From: Chiloscyllium plagiosum
Lineage: Eukaryota
Length of the DNA stretch: 64,000 nucleotides
NCBI RefSeq assembly: GCF_004010195.1
Contig: NC_057711.1
Span: 74,524,933 to 74,588,932 of the forward strand
Direction of reading: 5' to 3'
The position numbers were made by a program, and so were the translations under genes. Below, in pieces: positions 53,553-64,000 of this stretch. The notes beneath the pieces were generated by a model, which worked only from the letters and a program-made list of their open reading frames with translations, had not been told where the DNA came from and ran no database searches. Each line of letters starts with the position of its first letter. Positions within the stretch are counted from its first letter, which is position 1.

Positions 53553-53799
53553 CAACAACAACACTCACCATTATCCAGCAAAGTCTTCATTATTGTAGAG
53601 GATTGTTCATTGGGAGTTGCCTTATTTAGATCTGCATCGTCTCTTCTGCTTGTTTGTTGTAAACATTGTAATCCCATTTTAACACCAAAATCTTTTATAT
53701 ATTGGGAGAAACTTGTAAACAGTTACAGGAAGGCACCATGGGATTGCATGAATTCCATGTTTGCAGTGGGCAAGTTCGCAATCAATGAATACATCACAG

Positions 53800-54025
53800 G
53801 ACTTATCCTGGTTTCCTGACAAATATTTATTCTTCAGCCAACATCACAAAAAATAACAAGAGATCTTTTTCACATTTTATTTATGGGACTTTGCTGTTCT
53901 CAAATTAGTTGTTACACTTCTTATGTTATAAGAGTATGTAGACTTCAAAGTGCTTCATCTGTAAAAATCTTTGAGAGGTCCAGTCATGAAAAGGTAAATA
54001 TTAACAAAAGTCTTTTTCTTTTCTT
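53800..54025 (+). mobile_element. Ancient Deu-domain SINE remnant (SacSINE1/AmnSINE1-like)
   Basis: 'aatatttattcttcagccaacatcacaaaa..atgggactttgctgt..aaattagttg..cttcaaagtgcttcat..tttgaga' resembles the recalled Deu domain and 3' tail. Confidence 0.6.
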
Positions 54026-55014
54026 TTTGGTTTGAATGATATTCATGCACATTCACAAGTATCTGCATCAAAATGACAACTTTCAATGTGAAACAAGACA
54101 AATTCTCAGAATCTTTGCAAATTTGGACAAGCAAAAGTGTCCACATGTCATTTACTGTTGTAGCTGATTATTCTCAAATGTTCTTAAGTGATCACCATAT
54201 TCCCAATATCTGTATTCTTTGTTGAAAAATCTGTCTTTAAAGGTTTTAAAGATTTATTGCTTAAGCTACCACCTTCTGACATTTATGTTTTATTTCTCAG
54301 CCTGACCAACTGCTGAGATGAATTAATTTAGATCATCCCAGATTATAGTCAAATCCATAAGCACGAATGCTGCAAGGCAGCCAACAAGACTCATGAGGCC
54401 CAAATCAGCTCTCCAATCATTCTTACTCTGCATTAAAACAGACACAATCCTGTTTTAAAATGTGCTTTGAGTCTCTTTTAAGATCAAATGTGAAAAATTA
54501 ATATATACATTAAGTTTTTAGTGCTAAAGCATGCAAGCTAGTACTGAGGCTTTGTTCTGACAGCAGCTTGCACCACAGTGCAATCTATTTTCATCAAAAC
54601 AAAATTGAAATGCAAACAATTAACAACTCAAGTATTGATTTTTTGTAAATATTTTCCAATTATTATTGTTTGTTTTCCAATCTCTTTATTCACCGATCAC
54701 ACAATTTTTCTTGTCAGGTGGTGCTAAAGATTCTGAATTTATGATTATATATGTGAACAGTTAGCTCTGTTTGAGCACTACATGAATGTAACACAGGTCT
54801 CATTATCAACACAAAGGCAGTTTCCAGCAAAGAATGGAATGATATGGGAAAAACCCAGGAGAGTCACCACTCCACGTTTGATTTCAGCTTGATTGAGGCA
54901 ATACATTTTAACTTCAGGATTTTGCTCTTCTAACTGAGAATCCTGATGCTGCAATGCATTTATAGGGTCAATGTAGAAATAGAATTTGGAGAAGCCTGAC
55001 GGTTTTTCGGATGG

Positions 55015-55205
55015 ATGAACAAAGAACAAGATTCAATGGGGCTTCCCTTGAATTACAACTGGATGCGGCTGAGAGCAGAAGGCACCTATTTATTCCCCAG
55101 CTATAGAAGAAAGAAGACATGGTGGGAGATAACAGAGGAAGTGAGCATCCGAATAATGGTGCATTGGTTTGGAATTCATTGCTGTAGGCTGTTTAATGAC
55201 TGAAC
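55015..55205 (+). pseudogene. Harbinger ORF2 Myb/SANT-like remnant
   Basis: LDAAESRRHL / LFPSYRRKKTWWEITEEVSIRIMVHWFGIHCCRLFND (compare W.EIA..V......R...QCRKRFNDL). Confidence 0.65.
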
Positions 55206-55244
55206 CAGATCTGGAAGACAGTACATTTCTTGATTCATCTATAT

Positions 55245-55580
55245 CCTGTGGTTTAAGTGACCCCTCTCAAATTATTGACATAAATGACAAACAACAATGG
55301 AGCCAGAATCAATCCTTGAGGCATACCACTGGCCATAGGCCTACAATCTAAATAACAACACTCAACTAGTACCCACTGTCTCTGACAATCAAGCCAATTT
55401 TGTATCCAATTGCTTATTTCTCCCTGAATCCTACCTTACTAACGAATGGGGAACCTTGTCGAAGGCCTTACTTAGATCCATGTAGTCAATGTCCACCATT
55501 CTGCCTTCATTTATCTTCTTGGTCACCTCTTCAAAATAATCAAGTTTGTGAGAGGTGATCTCCCACATGCTGACTATCCT
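55245..55580 (-). mobile_element. CR1 RT fragment
   Basis: Antisense of VDIDYMDLSKAFDKVP and SGMPQG. Confidence 0.85.
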
Positions 55581-56029
55581 TCAGTTCAATTTCAATATGC
55601 CTGTCCTTTAGAAATGAGCAACTGATTACTTTAGATTTCTAGCACTCACAGTACTTTGTTTGTATTTAAAGGTACATGGTACCTGAAGTAAACCAGATAG
55701 ATGATCACCTGTGATTTCTTATTCATTCTTGCCAACATTGTCACTGGGGAAGCTTACTTCTTTCCCAGCCCTCAAAAATGTAACAGCTGTCAACTGAATA
55801 TGCTATGGTCTGCATGAAGCTCTCTGTGCTTCTGGTAATGGCCTGAGATACAAAACCATTGAGGGTGGTATTATCTTCACAGCTATGGTTAATGCTGAAT
55901 TCCAGGTACAAATGAGAATAATACAATTTTGTTCAGGCAGTTGCAAATGCCTGTGACCAGATGTGGTCACCTCATCTCATTTGAAAAATGAGGAAACTTG
56001 TCCTCCATCTTTTTTTTCTGCTTATATAT

Positions 56030-56880
56030 TTTCATTTGATTTATTGATGTCACATGTACACAGATACAGTGAAACATATTGTATTGCATGCAGAACAGGT
56101 AGATGACACCATAGAAAGTGCATTAGAGTAATAGAACAAAGCGAAAATACACAGCTGCAGAGCAGGTGCACAAAGAGCGAGATCAACATTTTAATGTAAA
56201 ATTTGTGATGTCCATTTGCAAGTCTCATAACAGTGGGGAATAAGGAGAAAGTGAGGACTGCAGATGCTGGAATAGCGGGGAATAAGCTGTTCTTGAACCT
56301 GTTAGTACTTATGTTTAAGCTTTTGTATCTTCTGTGTGATGGAATAGGTTGGAAGAGATTACAACCAGGTTGGGAGGGGTCTTTGATGATGTTGGCTATC
56401 TTCCCAAGGCAGCGAGAAGTGTAGATGGAGTCAATGGATGGAATATCAGCTTACATGATGTACTGGGCTGTGTTCACAACTCCCTCTAGTTTCTTACAGT
56501 CCTGGGCAGAGCAGTTGCCATACCAAGCTGTGATGCATCTGGATAGAATGCTTTCCATGGTGCATCTATAAAAATTGATAAGAGTCTTTACAGACATGCC
56601 AAGTTTCCTTAGCCTCCTGAGGAAGTAGAAGCATTGTTGAGTTTTCTTGACTGTGGGTGGACCAAGACAGATTGTTGGTGATCATCACTCCTAGGAACTT
56701 GACGCTCTTGACAATCTCCACATCAGCACCATTGATGTAGACAGGGATATGCCCTCCACCTTGTTTCCTGAAGGCAATGACCAGCTCTTTCACTGTGCTA
56801 ATGTTGAGAGAGAGATTGTTATCTTTACACCATGCCACCAAATACTCTATCTCTTTCCTGTATTCTGTCTCATCATCTGT
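56030..56880 (-). mobile_element. Rex1/Babar-type LINE 3' part
   Basis: DETEYRKEIEYLVAWCKDNNLSLNISTVKELVI.FRK..INGADVEIVKSVKFLGVMITNNLSWS, plus the typical tail. Confidence 0.9.
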
Positions 56881-57909
56881 CATTCTCTGAGGAGATGGAT
56901 TGCTTTTTTAAGGAGATGAATTTCACCGTGATCGATAGAAAGAATTAACCAGCAGGATTTCACATTTTGTGACACTTAGTAATGATCAAATTAAAAATAA
57001 GATAACTCAGACAACACAACATGCCTTTAATATCTCAAGCTCTAGAACAATACTTGTTATTAACTAGTGTGCTAAACCAAAAGCACTTCATGATCGGTTT
57101 CTATATTGCTTGATGCTCAGATATGTTGTTCAGTAGATTACATCCTCCTGGATATTTAGCAGGCTCCCTTCACCCTGCAACATATGGGCAGTTCGATCAG
57201 TATTTTTGAAAGTTCCTGCACTCAGTCATCTGGATCTCTCTGGACTGACTTCCAGCAGCAAGGCCCATTCAGGTCACAGCTTGCTCCGTAAATTTCCACA
57301 AGGCTCATCTAATTAAACAGAAAATCAGTTTTTCTCAATACCTCAAAGGTTAATTGAAAAGATTCTTCTCGCATTGTTCTGCACAATAGTTTCATTTTTA
57401 TCTCTCTCTTTCTCTCTCTCCGGATCTCTGAATCATAGTGCTTTTTGTATCAAGCTGTGAAAACTGACATTTCATTTTCTATAATGTTCAGTCTTAGCCT
57501 AGGTCTCTCCCTCCCCAGAACAAACAAATAACTTGGGCCAACAGTGGGCAGACTTGCGTAAAATCTCACTGTCTCCTATTATAGAACATTTGGTACAACG
57601 TTAAGTTAAAACACAGTTTAAGACATAAATACCTCATAATATCTTGAATTCATAACATTGTATTTTTCTTTGTATGGGTGGTGTCTCTTGTGCCCTTTCC
57701 TGTGCAAGATCAGGTCTCCATTTAGCTCAGTGGACATTAACAGGGTTTATTGAATGTGATAATATACAATGGTTGAGAAACCATTTTCTGGAGCCATGCA
57801 GACTCAGATTCCAGTCTATTGTTATCGAATATCACTATATCATTGTTCCTTGGGCACAGTAGGTATTCTTAGGGAGAAGCTACAGTTACTCCACATTTCA
57901 CTTCTGTAG

Positions 57910-58670
57910 ATTATGGCCCTGTATCTAAGGAAGGATGTGTTGGAGTTACAGGGAGTCCAGAGGAGTTTTACAAGAATGATCATAAGGCTGAATGGCTTGT
58001 TATATGAGGAGCAGTTGAGGACGCTGGGTCTGTATTCAATGGAGTTGAGAAGGATGAAGGGGGCTCATTGAAACTTACAGAATATTGAGGAACTTGATAG
58101 AGTGGACATAGAGAAGATATTTCCACTATTAGGAGAGACTAGGACACAAGGGCACAGCCTTGGAATGAAGGGACAACCATTTAGAACTGAGCTGAGGAGG
58201 AATTTGTTCAGCCAGAAGATAGTTAATCTGTGGAACTCATTGCTGCAAAGGGCTGTGGAGGCCAAATCATTGACTATAATTAAGAAAGAGATAGATTCTT
58301 AATTAGTAAGGGGTTCTGGTGTTATGAGGAGAAAGCAGGAGAATGGGGTTGAAAAACATATCAGGTGAAAGTGAGGACTACAGATGCTGGAGTTTAGAGT
58401 CAAGAGTGTGGTGCTGGAAAAGCATAGCCGGTCAGGCAGTATCCGAGGAGCAGGAGAATTGACATTTTGGGCAAAATCCCTTCATCAGGAATGAGGCTGT
58501 GAGCCAAGGGGGTAGTGAGATAAATGGGAGGGGGTTGGGGCTGGGTGCAAGGTAGCTGAGAGTGCAATAGGTACAAACGTATCAGTTATGATCAAATGAC
58601 AGAGTGGACTTACTGGACCGATTCTCATTCTAATTCTCAGGTCTAATTCTGCTCCTACATCTCATGTTCT
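57910..58670 (+). mobile_element. CR1 3' end containing a PLE insertion (58365-58574, minus)
   Basis: FPLLGETRTQGHSL..FRTELRRNLFSQKIVNLWNSL. The insert is flanked by aaac(a/g)tatcag at 58354-58364 and 58575-58585. Confidence 0.9.
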
Positions 58671-59949
58671 AATAATCCAACAATAGTATGGCAAAAAAGG
58701 AACATAGTTAAAAAAAAAATCAAATGTACATCCCATCCTGCTGGAGTCTCATTGGAAGCCTTCAAATGTCTTCAAAACCTATTATGGTGACAAGAGCTCT
58801 CTGCTGACCTTTGTCAGCGGAAACTGACAATGGAACTGTAAGAACAGAGCCTTTATTCAGTTTAGGCTATCTGAACTTCACAGATCCCCTTCAAAGGCAC
58901 TTGAAACTCACTTTCTTTCTATTGAATAGTTTTCCATGTCCTTGAAAACACATCTTAGATCCACCAATCAGACACTTTCTTCCACACCGTTATCAACTTC
59001 AGTGATGTTTGCATTGTCAACTGATCTGAAATAATGATGGTGCTGATTTCATTCCGCAGGTTCATCACATACAGCTAAATGACTCTCACACAAAACTGGA
59101 TGTCACCATGTTCAAGTTAATTTGTAGTTGCAATTTCTTTTTCTCTGAATTCTTAACTTCTCACCTGAGTCATTCTTATCTATTAAAATGCCTCTTCTTG
59201 CTTTTAAAAATGAATACTCTAGAATGTTCAATAGATATGAATTAATATTTCATTGTTTAATTTTATGTTTCATTTTATTCAGCAGTCATTATTTTAGAAG
59301 TGTTGCAATGTTGCATGATAAATTTACAAAATAAAAGTCTAATTTTATTTGCAAAAGATAACTGGTGCATATTCAGGATATGAAATTGAATATTTTAATT
59401 CCATTAGTTTCTTTTGTGAACTAAAATAAGTGACAGGAAGTTGCATTTTGCACACTTTTATATTCAGAGATTAATAACATGGAATTTTAAGCTACAAAGA
59501 AATCACCATGAATCCAAGAGAAATATATAATTATGCCATTATTTCCATCAATGGAAGGAGTCAGATTGTTCCTTACATTTTGAGTACTGGCCATTCTTCA
59601 CAAACAAGAAAACATGATGAATGAGGTAAATGAACTTGAATCTGATTTAGTCAAACATTTACATATTTATCCAGCAAAGCTATATTTTGTAACACAGCAA
59701 CAACGTGTGAACTGTTTGACTGAAGGACACTTAAAAACCAATTAGCATCTAACTCATGCTGGTAATAAGATTTAGCTTTCAATCTGAATAAATGTTAAAT
59801 GCTTAAGTTTCTAAAGCGACAGAGCATAGACAGATAAATATGTACCGTCAGCAGTCACTGGACTGAATCTGAACACAAGAGTGAAAGTTCTCAAAGGCAA
59901 AGCAGTTAACGCTTTCTACTTCCTTCTGTGTCAACATGGGAAGTATTAT

Positions 59950-60078
59950 TCCTAATGAAGGGCTTTTGCCCGAAACGTCGATTTTACTGCTCCTCGGATG
60001 CTGCCTGAACTGCTGTGCTCTTCCAGCACCACTAATCCAGAATCTGGTTTCCAGCATCTGCAGTCATTGTTTTTACCT
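59950..60078 (+). mobile_element. Short PLE terminus beginning at the hammerhead motif, perfect 14-bp TSD
   Basis: CTAATGA-a-gggc-tttt-gccc-GAAAC-GTC (one core substitution). atgggaagtattat at 59936-59949 and 60079-60092. Confidence 0.85.
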
Positions 60079-60639
60079 ATGGGAAGTATTATGTCAGTTT
60101 CACCAATAACATTGTGCTCAATGCCATTTCTATTTCTCGTACTTCGTCTTGTATTTGGTGGCTTATATTTTCCTCGTGGTTCATGCTCACATACGCAGGC
60201 TATAGCACAGCGTATTGCAGGATAATTACTGCATTATAAGTTCGTAAGATTATATTTACCATAGTGATTTTTAACACCAATGAAAATAGAACACTTTCAG
60301 CATTCATTCCTGGTCAATTTTATGACAGAGGTTTTATTTTTCCATTCACTTTACCAATGGAATTAAAGTCAAGGTCGGAAAGGCTGATCAGGCGACAAAA
60401 TGGTCTTTTGATTCTCTTATCAGATATCTGGCAGATGCACAACCAAAAATTGTAGCAGTGATCATTTACTGATTGTATATCTGTTGTTGATCAAATGGCA
60501 AGCAATCCCTAACAGTTTCCAGAAGCAAATACACTTTTCATTGTTTGTTTTCTTTGCTTTTGATGGTTTGCATAAAACCAAACAATTTGAACCATGATGC
60601 TCCCACATTGAACAAGGAGAAGATATTAAACCATGTATT

Positions 60640-61273
60640 GGGGCACATCAACGCCTCTTCTTCCTCAGGAAACTCAAAACTTGGGCATGTCCACAAAGTC
60701 TCTCACCAACTTTTATAGTTGCACAATAGAAAGCATTCTATCTGGATGAATCATGGCGTGGTAAGGCAACTGCTCTGCCAAGAACTATAAAAAACAACAG
60801 AAAGTTGTGAACATAGCCCAGTCCATCACTCTAGTGAACCTTCCACCCATTGACTCCATCTACACTTCTTGCCGCCTCAGAAAGGCAGCCAACACTATCA
60901 AAGATCCATCCCATCCTGGTTATAATCTCTTCTGACCTCTGCTGTCAGGCAGAAGATACAAAAGCTTAAATACATGTACCAACAGGTTCAAGAACAGAGT
61001 GAGGATGCAAACTTGCGGCTACAAAGAAGGTGCAAGCAAGATCAACAATAGATTTGAAATTTGAGAGGTCAGTCAGAAGTCTAATAATTAGACTGCTATT
61101 ATTAGACTTCTGACTGGACCTCTCAAAATACAAACCTTCTTTGTAGCCGCATGTTTGTATCCTCACTCTGTTCGATCATCCTATGACCTCTGTATGGTGT
61201 GATCTACCTGTGCTGCAAGCCAAGCAAAATATTTCACTGTACATGTGACAATAATAAATCAAATCAAATCAAA
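60640..61273 (+). mobile_element. Rex1/Babar-type LINE 3' end with an internal inverted duplication
   Basis: QRLFFLRKL, IESILSG, IKDPSHPG, SGRRYKSL..TNRFKN and (AAATC)n tail. Confidence 0.88.
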
Positions 61274-62194
61274 TTGAAAGCAGCAGCACGCCCATGGATA
61301 GGATGATAAGGTGAAATGAAGCTAGGATGGGTAACATTTGTATCTAAGACCTCGTAGTCGCAGTTGCAATGACTGCTCATTAGATGGGTGGTAATGTAAA
61401 GTAGCAATATATTCATGAATATATGGGATGATACTTATGCCACCTATGTGCCCTCAGAAGCATTTCCTTTTCATTCTCCTCTCACTGTGTGCACTTGAAG
61501 GGTAACTCTTGGCTGACAGCATTTGATCTGGTGCATGACTTGCCTTTAAAATGGCGCAGATACCAGGAATCCTGCCAGGTCCCAGCAGTGATGAGTACTT
61601 CCACTGTTGCTGAGTCGGGTCACAATATCAAAATCTTAATGTAAGTTGTGGAAAAGTTGTGTGAGAAAACTCATGAGAGCTCATGGAGAGAAACCTTCTA
61701 TGAAAATTCCAGAAATTGACACTTAGCCAATTCCAAGTAAAATTCATCCTCTGTTTTCATTCCTCCAAGTTAATAAGCATTTTATAATGCTCATGGTGCA
61801 TTAGAATTTATTGTATAAGCACCTGAAAAAGCTAACTGGCATCACAAGCTTCACCCATCAAGATATAATGGATCTGTTCCTGGAAGTGCTAACTAGTTTC
61901 TAAATCATTGTTCTAGTGCTAAGCTCCATTTAACTCAACAGCAACACATTGTTACTCTTAGACATATCCTCATGCCTCACAAGGGACTAACATGTAACTC
62001 AGCTATAAAGTAACTAGTTAAGTACTGTGTAATAAATTTACACTATTCAACAAGACTGAGTCTGTCTTCTGACAAAGATTTTATGTGAGCATTCTTCCCC
62101 ACTTGGTAACAGTCATTTACACTAATATCAATAAGAGTGAAAGGTGATGGTGAATTGATCCAAAACATCACATTTGGTACCAGTGGACACAACA

Positions 62195-62345
62195 TGAGGT
62201 GAATTGGCCATGCTAAATTGCCCATAGTATTAGGTGAAGGCGTAAATGTAGGGGAACGGGTCTGAGTAGGTTGCGCTTTGGTGGGTTGGTGTGGACTTTT
62301 GGGCAGAAGGGCCTGTATTAGACACTGTAAGTAGTCTAATCTAAA
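62195..62345 (+). mobile_element. HE1 SINE 3' half
   Basis: 'aggtgaattggccatgctaaattgccc..' through the tail. Confidence 0.85.
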
Positions 62346-63499
62346 GAGTAATGGGGCAGCAACAGCAAATTAGCACGAGGTGACAATGCTCTTTTGAAGG
62401 ACTGTTGGAGGCAGTATGGACCAAGTGACTTCTTTCTGCATCATAACAATTCTGTGATTCCACATATTTTCAAACAGTAGTCAGCTATCTACATCTCTGT
62501 ACAGCACAAATATGAAGTTTTATTTTGATCCATTGGTCAGTATTGTATTCTTCATCATTTTCATGATGCTCTCTATTTTTTGATCCCATTCTCAGTCTGG
62601 AGAAGTTGTACCAACATTACGTTGATTTTTAAATTCAATTTCCATACCCAATCAAACGTTTGACCTCATTCAATTTAATCTGATTGGGTAACATTGAACA
62701 ACATGAAATTCTGTTGTTGTTCAAATACCCAGCTTAATAAAGCATTATTCTATTTGCACTTTATATTTTTCAATAAGATTGAGTTGTATAGATTAACATA
62801 TTTCGATAAGTATTTGAATGCAATATTATTACTGTGCATACCTGAACTGTTTTGCTGAGGTGAACTGTAAAACAGGCAAGAATTCTACATGCCAGGCTTT
62901 ACTGAAATTATTCCTGTAAATATTCTTAACATGGGAGTGCATGTTGCAAAACATTAGCTCTGATAAGAGACTTGTGCTGTATTTGCATGATAAGCAGCAG
63001 AAGGCTGTGAAGAAGTACTAAGAAGCAGGCAACAACAGCAACTTGTACTCACATAGATATCCTCTTCAAAAATTAATGACACTGAGCTGCATAGAGAGCA
63101 GCTACATTTAGTCAAAGTGGAAAGATAGATGGAGTGGTGAAGGGACTTCACAAAGGAATATTCCAGAGCTTAGCACTGGTGGCATTTGAAGGCATGGCTA
63201 CCAATGGCCACAGCAACAGTTACACAACACTTGCTGTGATACCTTTTATGTAATTCAAAGTTTTGCAAAATATGACAGCAATAAAACACGAAATAGTGAA
63301 CATGCTGTAAATTTGAAATATAAGCAGAAATACTGAAAGCACTCATCATATCATCCAGCATATTGAAGAGAGAAACAGAGTTAAAGGACTGAATCTTCTT
63401 AAGTCTATGGTGACTTAGAATGTCAAGTCAAGCCATTCATTTGGCGTTCCTTAAAGTTGCTTGAGGATGGATTGACTTGCCTCTTAAATTAATTCTTGC

Positions 63500-64000
63500 A
63501 TTCAAAGTTTGTGCGAAGATTTGTAGCTCGGGTGCTCGCTGTTGTGGTTCTGTTCGCCGAGCTGGAAGTTTTTGTTGCAAACGTTTCGTCCCCTGGCTAG
63601 GCGACATCATCAGTGCTTGGGAGCCTCCTGCGAAGCGCTTCTTTGATGTTTCCTCCGGTGTTTATAGTGGTCTGTCCCTGCCGCTTCCGGTTGTCAGTTT
63701 CAGCTGTCCGCTGTAGTGGTTGGTATATTGGGTCCAGGTCGATGTGTTTGTTGATGGAGTTTGTGGATGAATGCCATGCCTCTAGGAATTCCCTGGCTGT
63801 TCTCTGTCTGGCTTGCCCTATGATAGTAGTGTTGTCCCAGTCAAATTCACACACACGCAGACAACAAGCAACATGAATACGACTGGGACAACACTACTAT
63901 CATAGGGCAAGCCAGACAGAGAACAGCCAGGGAATTCCTAGAGGCATGGCATTCATCCACAAACTCCATCAACAAACACATCGACCTGGACCCAATAAAC
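63500..64000. mobile_element. Young Penelope-like element end (GIY-YIG C-terminus plus terminus, minus strand) with an inverted copy running off the window
   Basis: FDWDNTTIIGQARQRTAREFLEAWHSSTNSINKHIDLDPIYQPL. Arms 63726-63842 and 63881-63997 are perfect reverse complements. Confidence 0.88.
63577..63616 (-). ncRNA. Minimal type-I hammerhead ribozyme motif, core intact
   Basis: Minus strand: gca-CUGAUGA-u-gucgccu-agcc-aggggac-GAAA-cGUU-ugc. Stem I gca/ugc, palindromic ACGU stem III, predicted GUU triplet. Confidence 0.7.

Overview
Repeat-dominated vertebrate genomic DNA, almost certainly an elasmobranch (shark), inferred from numerous HE1-type tRNA-derived SINEs and their partner CR1 LINEs. 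I recognised no intact host protein-coding exon. The ORF track is explained by decayed transposon frames, their antisense shadows and a (CA)n tract containing a 444-N assembly gap. Fossil elements identified by hand translation: PIF/Harbinger (two DDE transposase pseudogenes and three Myb/SANT ORF2 remnants), two Gypsy/Ty3 internal fragments, a solo LTR, many CR1 LINEs (one near full length with esterase ORF1), Rex1/Babar and L2-clade LINE ends, a Tigger-like MITE, a Deu-domain SINE remnant and a possible hAT remnant. The most distinctive signal is a dense set of about 15 Penelope-like element (PLE) termini from at least three families. They carry minimal type-I hammerhead ribozyme motifs, two apparently intact. 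Many are arranged as short foldback palindromes, and many are flanked by 10-17 bp target-site duplications. Family names come from recalled motifs, not database searches, and boundaries of old elements are approximate (tens of bp).
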